Assembly: GCA_024640685.1 (NCBI GenBank)
Contig: JAHEEN010000002.1
Coordinates: 11,395 to 75,394 of the forward strand
Origin: Rhodospirillaceae bacterium
GTDB lineage: Bacteria; Pseudomonadota; Gammaproteobacteria; Steroidobacterales; Rariloculaceae
DNA: 64,000 bases
Direction of reading: 5' to 3'
Part shown: positions 1 to 9,243 of the stretch, piece after piece
Numbering within the stretch: the stretch's first letter is position 1
Layout: the number at the start of each line of letters is the position of its first letter
Program-made: the position numbers and the translations under genes
Notes under the pieces: model-generated
The model's input: the letters and a program-made list of their open reading frames with translations, nothing else
Databases searched by the model: none
What the model was told of the DNA's origin: nothing

Positions 1-475
1 CGGCACCGTCGCGAAGTTCGCGATACTCGGCTCATCGATCGTCGGCACGGCAATCGGCGGCCTGCTGATGCTGAAATTGTCGTTGAACAAGGCGCTGTGG
101 TTGTTCGGGTTCGTGCAGATCTTCTCGATACTAGGATACGCTGCACTCACGAAGATCGGCGACAATCTCTACGCTTTGTTTGCCGCTGCATCTTTCGAAT
201 ACCTCGGCGTCGGGCTCGGAGCGGTCGCGTTGTGGGCGTTCATGGCGAAACAGACGAACACACGCTTCACGGCGACCCAGCTTGCGCTGTTGACAAGCTT
301 GACGGCGGTCCCACGGACGCTCGCGAACGCGAGCACCGGCTTCATCATCGAGGCGATCGGCTACTTTAATTTTTACCTTCTCTGCGTGGCGGTCGCCATT
401 CCCGGGCTCTTGTTGCTGCTGCGCGTCGCCCCATGGTCGCAAACCGACGAGGCTATCAACGAGCCTCGAGGCTAA
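1..475 (+). CDS. ampG: AmpG-family MFS muropeptide permease, C-terminal part (5' end outside window)
   Basis: Frame 2 is open from the window edge to the stop at 473-475. The translation is a series of hydrophobic TM segments. The tail FTATQLALLTSLTAVPRTL..GFIIEAIGYFNFYLLCVAVAIPGLLLLL matches my memory of the AmpG C-terminus (SATQFALLSALSAVGRV...FYL.SV.AA.PGL.LLL). Confidence 0.6.
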   Translation, partial: GTVAKFAILGSSIVGTAIGGLLMLKLSLNKALWLFGFVQIFSILGYAALTKIGDNLYALFAAASFEYLGVGLGAVALWAFMAKQTNTRFTATQLALLTSLTAVPRTLANASTGFIIEAIGYFNFYLLCVAVAIPGLLLLLRVAPWSQTDEAINEPRG

Positions 476-478
476 CGG

Positions 479-1249
479 TCAGCCTATTTCATAATCGATC
501 GTCAGCGGCGCGTGGTCGGAGAAGAACTTGTTTCTGTAGATCGCCGCGCGCCGCACGGAGCCCTCGAGGGATTCACTGACGATCTGATAGTCGATGCGCC
601 AACCGACGTTGTTCTCGCGCGCCCGGCCGCGATTCGACCACCACGTATACTCATCGGGCGCCTGATTAACGACGCGGAAAGCATCGACGTAGCCGCCCCG
701 CGTCAGCAACGCCTCCATCCAAGCCCGCTCCTCGGGCAGGAAGCCCGAGTTCTTCTGGTTGCTGCGCCAGTTCCTGATGTCGATCTTGCGATGCGCGATA
801 TTGAAGTCGCCGCACACAATGTACGGCTTGCGCCGCCGTCGAAGCTGCGCCAAGTGGGCCTCGAACGCATCGAGAAATCGGTATTTGACGGCCTGGCGCA
901 CGTCGCCGGTCGTGCCGGACGGTAGATAGACGCTGACAACTGCGAAGCGCTCGAACTCAGCCTCTATGTAGCGGCCTTCGCGGTCGAATTCCTCGATGCC
1001 CAGACCATAGACCGTGCGCAGCGGCTGCTCGCGCGTATAGAGCGCCACACCGCTGTAGCCCGGTTTCTCGGCTTCGTGCACGAAGCGATGCAACGAGCGC
1101 CGCACGAACGGCGTGCCTTCGATCTGTTGCTCCTTTGCCTTGAGCTCCTGCACACATAGCACATCCGCCCGCTGCCGCGAGAACCAGTCGAAGAACCCTT
1201 TGCGCGCGGCCGAGCGAATGCCGTTAGCGTTGAAACTGATGATTCGCAC
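479..1249 (-). CDS. xthA: exodeoxyribonuclease III (AP endonuclease)
   Basis: Motifs IISFNANGIRSA, ADVLCVQELK and C-terminal FSDHAPLTIDY. Start set at GTG 1249 (VRIISFNANG) because GGGAG lies 6 nt upstream. The track ORF runs on to ATG 1312. Confidence 0.88.
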   Translation of the reverse strand: MRIISFNANGIRSAARKGFFDWFSRQRADVLCVQELKAKEQQIEGTPFVRRSLHRFVHEAEKPGYSGVALYTREQPLRTVYGLGIEEFDREGRYIEAEFERFAVVSVYLPSGTTGDVRQAVKYRFLDAFEAHLAQLRRRRKPYIVCGDFNIAHRKIDIRNWRSNQKNSGFLPEERAWMEALLTRGGYVDAFRVVNQAPDEYTWWSNRGRARENNVGWRIDYQIVSESLEGSVRRAAIYRNKFFSDHAPLTIDYEIG

Positions 1250-1401
1250 GGACAACTCCCGATCGACGTTGGCGGACACGGGACCCGCAGTTGCGGCGCG
1301 CCCGAAGCTCAACGAAGCGCTGTATGATACCCACGATCAAGCCGAGTGGAGCCCGATGCGTGGCTGACTGGGCATCCTGAGACGGGCACGAATCCACCGA
1401 T

Positions 1402-2064
1402 ATGAAAGCCTACAAGACTCAGTTCCTGGACCTCGCGCTCGAGCTTGAGGTGCTGAAGTTCGGCGAGTTTGAGCTCAAGTCCGGCCGGGTCAGCCCGTAT
1501 TTTTTCAACGCGGGCCTGTTCAACACCGGCTATGCGGCCGCGAAGCTCGGACGCTGCTACGCATCGGCGATCACGTCGATGGAGTTCGAGTTCGATATGC
1601 TATTCGGCCCGGCGTACAAGGGCATCGGGCTCGTCACTCTGACGGCCGCCGCGCTTGCCGAGTATTACGATGACGACTACCCGTTCGCCTACAACCGGAA
1701 GGAAGCCAAGGATCACGGCGAGGGCGGGACCAGCATCGGCGCGCCACTGCGCGGCCGGGTCCTGATTCTCGACGACGTCATCACGGCGGGTACCGCAATC
1801 AACGAGGCACTCGCAATCATCGAGGCTGCCGGTGCTACACCCGCGGGCGTGCTGGTTGCCCTCGATCGTGAGGAAATCGGCGGGCGCAACCGCCTGTCGG
1901 CGGTCAAGGAACTCGAGACGAAGCTGAATATTCCGATTCGCAGCATCATCTCGCTGACAGACCTCGTCGAGCATCTGGAAAGTGACGAGGATTACGCGCA
2001 ATATCTACCCAGTGTACGCTCGTATCGAAATCGCTACGGCGTGGCGCTAACCCGCGACAGCTGA
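1402..2064 (+). CDS. pyrE: orotate phosphoribosyltransferase
   Basis: LKFGEFELKSGRVSPYFFNAG N-terminal pattern and PRPP loop VLILDDVITAGTA. 220 aa. Confidence 0.92.
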   Translation: MKAYKTQFLDLALELEVLKFGEFELKSGRVSPYFFNAGLFNTGYAAAKLGRCYASAITSMEFEFDMLFGPAYKGIGLVTLTAAALAEYYDDDYPFAYNRKEAKDHGEGGTSIGAPLRGRVLILDDVITAGTAINEALAIIEAAGATPAGVLVALDREEIGGRNRLSAVKELETKLNIPIRSIISLTDLVEHLESDEDYAQYLPSVRSYRNRYGVALTRDS

Positions 2065-2182
2065 CGCGCTTGCCAATCGAGACCTGCGTCAAGGTCCGAA
2101 AACCGAGGCGCAGGTATTCTTACTCGACCGGGTGATCTGGTATACCTTCGAATCGGTTCTTAGACGGCACATTTGACATAAA

Positions 2183-2821
2183 GTGAGCGCTCGAACTCTG
2201 ACAATCGCTGCTACGGTCCTCGCTATCGGGCTGGCTGGCACCGATGCCAGCGGCCAAGCGCAGACGTACCGGTGGGTCGATGATGACGGCGTCGTTCACT
2301 ATGGCGATCACGTGCCACCGCAGTATGCCGATCGCGACCGTGACCTGTTGAACACCCAAGGTGTGCGCGTCGGTATCCAGGAAGGCATCCTGACTGACGA
2401 GGAGCGCGAGGAGCGGGCCCGACTTGCAGCGGCCGAGCAGGTAGCTCGCGACGCTCGCGTCGCCGATTCGCGCCGCGACCAGATCCTGCTCGATACGTAT
2501 CTGTCCGTCGAGGAAATCGAACGCCTCAGAGACCGCCGCCTAGAGCTGCTCGAAGCCCAGATCAAGGTCACCGAGCACTACCTCGGCAATCTCCGCAAGC
2601 GGCTCGAGCGCCTCAAGCGTGAGGCATCCGACTACCGGCCGTACAGCGACAATCCGGACGCACCCGAGGTGCCCGAAGCGCTCGGGCTGGAGCTGTCGAA
2701 GACGATCGCATCGATCAGCCTTTACGAACAGACATTGGCGCGCAGCCGCACAGAGCAGGGCGAGCTCGCCACGGCGTTCGCGAGCGACATCGCTCGCTTT
2801 GAGGAGCTCAAAGGCTCCTAG
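2183..2821 (+). CDS. DUF4124 domain-containing secreted protein
   Basis: GTG start and a signal-peptide-like N-terminus (TIAATVLAIGLAGTDASGQA). This is followed by YRWVDDDGVVHYGD, the DUF4124 signature as I recall it. The rest is charged and coiled-coil-like. Confidence 0.7.
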   Translation: MSARTLTIAATVLAIGLAGTDASGQAQTYRWVDDDGVVHYGDHVPPQYADRDRDLLNTQGVRVGIQEGILTDEEREERARLAAAEQVARDARVADSRRDQILLDTYLSVEEIERLRDRRLELLEAQIKVTEHYLGNLRKRLERLKREASDYRPYSDNPDAPEVPEALGLELSKTIASISLYEQTLARSRTEQGELATAFASDIARFEELKGS

Positions 2822-2828
2822 CCCGCCG

Positions 2829-3293
2829 TCAGCCTCGGCCAGTATGGCCGAACCCGCCGGCGCCGCGCTCGCTCAGACGAAAGTCCTCGACGACGTCGAA
2901 CTGCGCCTCCACGACCGGGACGATCACAAGCTGCGCCAAGCGCTCCCCGGGTTCGATCCGAAACGCGCTCGCGCCGCGATTCCAACACGAAATCATCAGC
3001 TCGCCTTGGTAGTCGGAGTCAATCAGACCGACGAGGTTGCCGAGCACGATACCGTGCTTATGGCCGAGCCCCGAGCGCGGCAGAATTACCGCGGCGAGGC
3101 CCGGATCCTCGATATGGATGGCAAGACCGGTGCGAACGAGCTCGCAGTCGCCGGGACCGAGCTCGAGTGGCTGTGCTAGGCATGCTCTGAGATCGACGCC
3201 CGCCGAGCCATCGGTCGCCCGCGTCGGCAGCGGTATCTCGACACCGATTCGGGGATCGAGAATCTTGAGCTCTATGCGCTGCGCTTGACCCAT
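2829..3293 (-). CDS. dut: dUTP diphosphatase
   Basis: Motifs [36 protein letters not shown] and [10 protein letters not shown]. 154 aa. Confidence 0.93.
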   Translation of the reverse strand: MGQAQRIELKILDPRIGVEIPLPTRATDGSAGVDLRACLAQPLELGPGDCELVRTGLAIHIEDPGLAAVILPRSGLGHKHGIVLGNLVGLIDSDYQGELMISCWNRGASAFRIEPGERLAQLVIVPVVEAQFDVVEDFRLSERGAGGFGHTGRG

Positions 3294-3305
3294 CGACGAC
3301 TGCCG

Positions 3306-4556
3306 TCAGGCCGGCGCGTTTGCATTCGTCGACTGATTCCGATCGCGCGCGTGCCGGAAACGCTCGGCTATCAGCGCGATTAGGCGGCGCGCGAGCACCG
3401 ACTTCGGCGCCTGCTCGAGCGTCTGCTCGCCACCACGCCACAGCACCGTCAATGCGTTGGTCTCCTGATCGAAGCCGCAGTCCGGGCCAACCCTATTGGC
3501 CGCCATCATGTCGACGCCCTTGTTCTCGAGCTTCTGGCGCGCATGATCGACGACGTTATCGGTCTCGGCCGCGAATCCGACCGTGAACGGCCCACCGGCG
3601 AGCTTCGCAACGCTTGCAAGCGTATCCTTCGAACGCACCAGCGCGAGGCTCATCTCCTCGGCTTTACGCTTGATCTTCTGCGGCGACTGGCTTGCTGGGC
3701 GATAGTCGGAAACCGCCGCGCAGCCGATGAACAGGTCCGCCGCGTCGATCCGCTCGTGCACGGCCGAGTACATCTCCTCGGCTGTCTCGACGCTCACGTG
3801 GCTTACGCCCGGCGGCACACCGAGCGCCACAGGACCGCTGACGAGCGTCACGTCGGCACCGGCTTGACGCGCCGCGTGCGCGAGCGCGTAGCCCATCTTG
3901 CCGGAGCTGCGATTCGTCACGTAGCGCACGGGATCGATAGGCTCGCGTGTTGGACCGGCCGTCACGAGCACGCGTACGCCTTTGAGCGCTTGTGATACCA
4001 GCGTCGTCGGTGCCTCGAAGACCGCAGCGGCGATGTCCGCTGGCTCTAGCATTCGGCCCGGGCCGTGCTCGCCACAGGCCTGATCACCGACAGCGGGACC
4101 GAGAATCCGCACGCCGCGTTGCTCGAGTGTGCGCACGTTCGTCTGTACGGCCTCGTGCGCCCACATCGCATGGTTCATTGCCGGCGCAATCCACGTCGGT
4201 GCCGCCGTCGCTAAATAGACGGTACCGAGCAGATCGCCGGCGAGCCCGTTCGCAAGCGCGCCGATTGCGTGCGCCGTCGCAGGCGCCACGACCAGCAGAT
4301 CCGCCCAGCGCGCGAGCGCGATATGGCCCATCGCGTCCTCGGCTTCGGCATCCCAGATATCGTCGCGGACAGGCCGGCCCGAGACGGCCTGAAACGTCAA
4401 TGGCGAGACGAACTCACAAGCGCCGCGCGTCATGACGACCTGCACGTCGGCGCCGCGCTCGACGAGTCGGCGCACGAGATCGGGGCTCTTGTAAGCGGCG
4501 ATTCCGCCGCTGACACCGAGCAAAATCCGCGGTCGCTTGTCGTCCTGCTTCTGCAT
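3306..4556 (-). CDS. coaBC: bifunctional phosphopantothenoylcysteine decarboxylase / phosphopantothenate-cysteine ligase
   Basis: N-terminal flavoprotein motif ILLGVSGGIAAYK. C-terminal ligase motif VTAGPTREPIDPVRYVTNRSSGKMG. Sits directly upstream of dut, as in many proteobacteria. Confidence 0.92.
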   Translation of the reverse strand: MQKQDDKRPRILLGVSGGIAAYKSPDLVRRLVERGADVQVVMTRGACEFVSPLTFQAVSGRPVRDDIWDAEAEDAMGHIALARWADLLVVAPATAHAIGALANGLAGDLLGTVYLATAAPTWIAPAMNHAMWAHEAVQTNVRTLEQRGVRILGPAVGDQACGEHGPGRMLEPADIAAAVFEAPTTLVSQALKGVRVLVTAGPTREPIDPVRYVTNRSSGKMGYALAHAARQAGADVTLVSGPVALGVPPGVSHVSVETAEEMYSAVHERIDAADLFIGCAAVSDYRPASQSPQKIKRKAEEMSLALVRSKDTLASVAKLAGGPFTVGFAAETDNVVDHARQKLENKGVDMMAANRVGPDCGFDQETNALTVLWRGGEQTLEQAPKSVLARRLIALIAERFRHARDRNQSTNANAPA

Positions 4557-4844
4557 ACGTTGATCCTACCCAGCCGCGGAGCTTAGACCTAGAGCCGAGC
4601 CATTTCCACCGACCAAGGCGCCGTGTAGCGGCCGTAGATGTTGGCGGAAGACCGTCGGCCGCGAGCTACGGACAAAGCGGCACCACGTGCGATAGCGTGA
4701 CGGGACGAGTATCACCGCCCCCAAACCGCGATCTGCGCGATTCGCACGAGCGCGTTGCATCCGATGAGCTACGAATCACGGACAACGCCCGTGCCCTCGG
4801 CTACGTTCGCGCGTTGGGCTCAACCGCCGCCACGGAGAAAGTAG

Positions 4845-5792
4845 ATGCCGCGACCTCATTCGAGGTTCTCATCGGCCGCCGCGGCCGGAGTCGTCGCGCT
4901 GCTCGCAGGCTCGCCCGCGGCCGCTCAAGGAGGCTTCGGCACGGTCGGGGCTGAGTTCGACGAGGCGAACGGCTATCTCGTGTTCGGTGGCTTGGGTGGC
5001 GCGTGGTCGACCGCGACGTCGTGGGATTTATCGGCATCGCAGTCCGATACGACGACGCCACTGGCAGATTTTCGCACGACCGCACTCACGGGCAGCGTCG
5101 ATCACGATTTCGGCCGTGTAGGCCTACGCCTCGGTCTTGGCAGCTGGCGTGACGAGGGGCTTTCACGCGTCGGGCGCCTGACCGGCAGCATCGATTGGCA
5201 CGGCCCACGATGGACGTTGGCGCTCGAAGGTCAGCTCAAGCACAGCGACTTCGATACGCTCGCCGTCGATCGCATCGTCGAGCGCCGCGATGGCACGACC
5301 GTGAGGATCACCGGCACGGCCGACTGCGCCGTCGACGACATCGGGCTCGGCGCACGCCTCGGCTACCGTGGCGATACCTGGAGCTTCTCGATCGCGGGGA
5401 TGAGCTACGACTATGACGACTTTGGCTGCACGTTCGACATTCAGACGCTCGCGCTATTGCGCGACTCGACGCGTGACGAGTTCGTGCAGCTCGCCGATCG
5501 CGTCACCGGCGTCCTTGCGGTAGGCTCGGCACGGCGTTTGCTTTCGGAAACATCGTTTCTCGATAACCGCGTCGGGCTGAGCCTACGGCGCCAGACGGGG
5601 CCGCGCGGTTACAGCGTCTACTACGACCGCGTCGAGGACGCGTTCTTGCGCCGCTCGGCAGACACGTTGAGCGCCGGCGTCTCGTTTCCGGTCGGCGCCG
5701 GTTCGCTGCTCGAAGTTTACGCCGGGGTTACCGACTCGAGCGTCAACGACGAAATCGTATTCGTCGGACTCATGCTGCTGATCGAACGCTAA
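4845..5792 (+). CDS. hypothetical secreted protein, possibly outer-membrane beta-barrel
   Basis: GGAGA lies 6 nt before the ATG. Signal peptide AAAAGVVALLAGSPAAAQ. Alternating hydrophobic/polar strands (WTLALEGQL, WSFSIAGMSYDY, GYSVYYDRV, LLEVYAGVT). I recognise no family motif. Confidence 0.5.
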   Translation: MPRPHSRFSSAAAAGVVALLAGSPAAAQGGFGTVGAEFDEANGYLVFGGLGGAWSTATSWDLSASQSDTTTPLADFRTTALTGSVDHDFGRVGLRLGLGSWRDEGLSRVGRLTGSIDWHGPRWTLALEGQLKHSDFDTLAVDRIVERRDGTTVRITGTADCAVDDIGLGARLGYRGDTWSFSIAGMSYDYDDFGCTFDIQTLALLRDSTRDEFVQLADRVTGVLAVGSARRLLSETSFLDNRVGLSLRRQTGPRGYSVYYDRVEDAFLRRSADTLSAGVSFPVGAGSLLEVYAGVTDSSVNDEIVFVGLMLLIER

Positions 5793-5854
5793 TCGGCTGA
5801 ATTGGCCGGATTCTGCGCTTTCACCCGCGCGCTGCGCGGCCCTATCGTGGGCCT

Positions 5855-6550
5855 ATGACGTCAACTGAGCTGATCGCCTTAGAGCAGGCCTATCGGAGAG
5901 TCGAGCGTCCGGCGGAGCGAATGCTGCGCGCCGGTGTCGCGAGCTTGTCGGATGCCGAGCTGCTCGCGGTGCTGCTCGTCGGCGGCCGCTGCGGTAGCGC
6001 GGCACTGGATCTCGCCGACGCGCTGCTCGCGGCAAGCGGCGGATTGCACGAGGTGCTCGCGATGAGCCCGGTTCAGCTCGACGCGATACCCGGGCTCGGT
6101 CGGGCGCGGGTAGCTCGGCTCGAGGCGGCGATCGAGCTCGGGCGCCGCTATCTGAGCGAGCCGTTGCGCCGCGGCGGCCCGCTGAAGGCGCCGAGCGAGG
6201 CCGCCCAGTTGCTGCAGGCCGAGCTCGCGGACCTGCCGCACGAGGTCTTCGGCTGCCTGTACCTCGACACCCGTCACCGACTGATCGGCTTCGAGCGGCT
6301 GTTTCGCGGCACGATCGACGGTGCCACCGTGCATCCGCGCGAGGTCGTCAAGCGCGCGCTGCACCACAACGCCGCCGCTTTGATCGTCGGACACAACCAC
6401 CCCTCCGGGGTCGCCGAGCCCAGTGAGTCCGACCGCGGGATCACGCGACGCCTCGGTGACGCGCTAGAGCTCGTCGACATCCGGCTGCTCGACCACCTGA
6501 TCGTCAGCCGGGCGAGCCACGTATCCCTCGCCGAACGCGGCTGGATATAG
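5855..6550 (+). CDS. radC: RadC-family JAB/MPN domain protein
   Basis: JAMM motif [22 protein letters not shown] plus an N-terminal helix-hairpin-helix-like region. Sits upstream of rpmB-rpmG as in E. coli (yicR). Confidence 0.85.
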   Translation: MTSTELIALEQAYRRVERPAERMLRAGVASLSDAELLAVLLVGGRCGSAALDLADALLAASGGLHEVLAMSPVQLDAIPGLGRARVARLEAAIELGRRYLSEPLRRGGPLKAPSEAAQLLQAELADLPHEVFGCLYLDTRHRLIGFERLFRGTIDGATVHPREVVKRALHHNAAALIVGHNHPSGVAEPSESDRGITRRLGDALELVDIRLLDHLIVSRASHVSLAERGWI

Positions 6551-6609
6551 GGCCTCCCAACGGTTAAACTGCGCGGCTCGAAATCTCTGGGGACCGGTGG
6601 GAAACGGCC

Positions 6610-6846
6610 ATGTCAAGAATCTGCCAAGTCACAGGAAAGCGTCCGATGTCGGGGAACAACGTGTCCCACGCCAACAACAGGACGCGCCGGCGGTTCCTGC
6701 CGAACCTGCACACGCAGCGGTTCTGGCTCGAGTCGGAGCAGCGCTATGTGCGCTTGCGGGTATCGCACAAGGGCCTGCGCATCATCGACAAGCTCGGCAT
6801 CGAGAAGGTAGTCAACAATCTGCGCGCCCGCGGCCAGAAGGTTTAG
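6610..6846 (+). CDS. rpmB: 50S ribosomal protein L28
   Basis: [33 protein letters not shown] is a near-canonical L28 N-terminus. Confidence 0.95.
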   Translation: MSRICQVTGKRPMSGNNVSHANNRTRRRFLPNLHTQRFWLESEQRYVRLRVSHKGLRIIDKLGIEKVVNNLRARGQKV

Positions 6847-6860
6847 TTCGGAGCATAGCG

Positions 6861-7016
6861 ATGCGTGAGAAGATACGATTGATGTCGTCGGCCGGATCCG
6901 GTCACTATTACACGACGACGAAGAACAAGCGCTTGCATCCGGAGAAGATGGAGGTCAAGAAATACGACCCCACGATCCGCAAGCATGTGATCTACAAGGA
7001 AACGAAGATCAAGTAG
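6861..7016 (+). CDS. rpmG: 50S ribosomal protein L33
   Basis: An internal ATG at 6861 of track ORF 6597..7016 gives [24 protein letters not shown]...KKYDP..RKHV.YKE.K, typical L33 (51 aa). The upstream part of the track ORF overlaps rpmB out of frame. Confidence 0.93.
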   Translation: MREKIRLMSSAGSGHYYTTTKNKRLHPEKMEVKKYDPTIRKHVIYKETKIK

Positions 7017-7020
7017 AAAG

Positions 7021-7046
7021 ACGCCGCCATCGAGCGGCGTTTTTTT
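7021..7046 (+). terminator. rho-independent terminator of rpmB-rpmG
   Basis: ACGCCGC (7021-7027), 6-nt loop, GCGGCGT (7034-7040), then a T run to 7046. It begins 5 nt after the rpmG stop. Confidence 0.8.
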
Positions 7047-7063
7047 GCTAGCCCGTCACCACA

Positions 7064-8350
7064 TCAGGCGAGACTCGATTGCGGCATCGGTGCAAACGAG
7101 CGCAGGTAGACGGCGAACTCCTGAAGCTTATGGATGCCACTTGCTTCGGCACGTGCGCACCATTCGCGAAAATCGGCGAGCAATTGATCGTTGCTGCGAT
7201 GCGTTCCGCCCCACAGCGCCTTTAGCTCGGCGCGAAACTCCATGACCGTCTTGAAGCTCGCGTGCTTCAGCATCAGCTCCTCGACGCGCTCCCTCGAGCG
7301 GCTGTCGAGCATACCCGGCGGCCGAGTCATGAAGCGGCGCGCGCGGGCTAGCACCGTGCCGGCATTCTCGCCGACCCGCTCGAGTTCGTATCGGAGTACC
7401 GGCAATGCCACGCTGTGCGTGTAGTGGCGCCAGACATGCATGCGGTTGACGATGATCGAGCGCAGCGCGGCAATGTCCAAAGTTCGAGGCGCTTCGACGA
7501 GCTCGGGCTGCGGCGCGACGCGTCGAATCCGGACGAGCCGCAGCAGCGCCAGCAGACGAATGTGCAGCCAGCCAAGATCGACCTCACCGCGACGTAACGA
7601 GAACTTGGCCGAGCTCGGAAACGCGTGGTGGTTGTTGTGCAGCTCTTCGCCAGCAACGAACAACGCCAAAGGCCAGAGGTTCGTGGACGCATCATCGGTG
7701 TCGAAGGTACGGTAGCCCACCGCATGACCGAGCCCGTTGATGACCCCGGCTGCGAGCGCCGGCATCGTAATAAGCTGAACGGCGACCATGATGATGCCAG
7801 GCACGCCGAACAGCACGAGATCGGCGATGGCGAGCAGCGCGATACCGCCGTCCGGCCAACGCGAGTAGACGTTGCGCTCGAGCCAGTCGTCCGGCGTTCC
7901 CTTGCCGTATTTCTCGAGCGTCTCGGGCTCCCTAGCCGCGACCTGGTAGAGCTCAGCGCCGCGTAGCAGGACGGTCTTCAAGCCGAATATCTTCGGGCTG
8001 TGCGGATCGCCGTGGCGCTCGCAGAGCGCATGATGCTTGCGGTGCACGGCAACCCACGCCTTCGTGTTCGCGCCGGTGTTGATCCACAACCACAACCGAA
8101 AAAAGTGGCGTAGCGCCGGGTGCAGATCGATGGCGCGGTGCGCTTGATCGCGGTGGTAGTAAAGCGTGATTCCGAGCAACGTGATATGGACGAATGCAAG
8201 CGTCACACCGACGTAGCCCCAGAACGATAGGCCCGCCAAGCCGTGGTAGTGGTCAAATACGAATTGCACGATCGCGCTCGGCTCCGGTGACTCGAAAACG
8301 CTGCCGACTATAGCCCACGCATTGGTGTACTCCAACCGGCAACCGAGCAC
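7064..8350 (-). CDS. membrane acyl-CoA/acyl-lipid (delta-9-type) fatty acid desaturase with long C-terminal extension
   Basis: Three histidine boxes (YHRDQAHR, HRKHHALCE, LHNNHHAFP) and N-terminal TM helices. About 150 aa follow the last His box. Confidence 0.82.
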   Translation of the reverse strand: MLGCRLEYTNAWAIVGSVFESPEPSAIVQFVFDHYHGLAGLSFWGYVGVTLAFVHITLLGITLYYHRDQAHRAIDLHPALRHFFRLWLWINTGANTKAWVAVHRKHHALCERHGDPHSPKIFGLKTVLLRGAELYQVAAREPETLEKYGKGTPDDWLERNVYSRWPDGGIALLAIADLVLFGVPGIIMVAVQLITMPALAAGVINGLGHAVGYRTFDTDDASTNLWPLALFVAGEELHNNHHAFPSSAKFSLRRGEVDLGWLHIRLLALLRLVRIRRVAPQPELVEAPRTLDIAALRSIIVNRMHVWRHYTHSVALPVLRYELERVGENAGTVLARARRFMTRPPGMLDSRSRERVEELMLKHASFKTVMEFRAELKALWGGTHRSNDQLLADFREWCARAEASGIHKLQEFAVYLRSFAPMPQSSLA

Positions 8351-8422
8351 TGTGCGGGGCGTCGCAATTCAGCGCGATACCGGCTCTGGATCGGGCCGCG
8401 CTCCCGGCGTAACCTCGCCGCG

Positions 8423-9235
8423 ATGCCCGAGCTTCCCGAAGTAGAAACGACCCGACGTGCGCTCGAGCCGAGGCTCGTCGGCGAGCTGATCGCTGCGCTC
8501 GACGTTCGTGACGCACGGCTGCGTTGGCCGGTCGATCCGGCGATCGGTAAGCGCGTCGAGGGTCGCACGGTCCGTGCGCTCGGACGACGCGGCAAGTATC
8601 TGTTGATCGAGACAGAGACCGGCACGTTGATCTGGCATCTCGGCATGTCCGGCAGCCTGCGATTCTTGCCCGAGCCTGGCCCGCCGGCCGCCCACGATCA
8701 CATCGATATCGTGCTCACGAGCGGTGCCCGTGTGCGGTTCAACGATCCGCGTCGCTTCGGCAGCGTAAGCTTCAGCGCGACGCCCGAGACCCATTGGCTG
8801 CTCGAGAACCTCGGCATCGAGCCATTGGAGCCTGAGTTCGACGGCGCTTATCTCGCTACTGTTTGTCGCGGACGTCGGGTCGCGATCAAGCAGCTGTTGA
8901 TGAACGCCCGAGTTGTCACTGGTGTCGGCAACATCTACGCGAACGAGGCGTTGTTCGACGCCGGCATTCACCCGCTGCGGGCCGCCGGCCGCATCGCGGC
9001 GCCGCGCCTCGATTACCTCGCCGATGCGGTCAAGGCGGTGTTGCAGCGCGCGATCGACGCGGGCGGAACGACATTGCGCGATTTCGTCAGCAGCGATGGG
9101 CGCCCCGGTTACTTCCAGCAAACGCTCGCCGTTTATGGGCGCGAGGGGAAGCCGTGCGTCGCCTGCGGAGCAGCCGTGAAGCTACGCGTCGTCGGCCAGC
9201 GCGCGACGTACTACTGCCGGCGGTGCCAGCGTTAG
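8423..9235 (+). CDS. mutM: formamidopyrimidine-DNA glycosylase
   Basis: N-terminal MPELPEVET (catalytic Pro2/Glu3), the H2TH region, and a C-terminal zinc finger CVACGAAV...YYCRRCQ. Confidence 0.94.
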   Translation: MPELPEVETTRRALEPRLVGELIAALDVRDARLRWPVDPAIGKRVEGRTVRALGRRGKYLLIETETGTLIWHLGMSGSLRFLPEPGPPAAHDHIDIVLTSGARVRFNDPRRFGSVSFSATPETHWLLENLGIEPLEPEFDGAYLATVCRGRRVAIKQLLMNARVVTGVGNIYANEALFDAGIHPLRAAGRIAAPRLDYLADAVKAVLQRAIDAGGTTLRDFVSSDGRPGYFQQTLAVYGREGKPCVACGAAVKLRVVGQRATYYCRRCQR

Positions 9236-9243
9236 ACGCGCAC

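Noticed and set aside
6597-6860. N-terminal 88 codons of track ORF 6597..7016
   Set aside because: This part overlaps rpmB in another frame and is Ala/Arg/Gln-rich. A canonical L33 begins at the internal ATG 6861.
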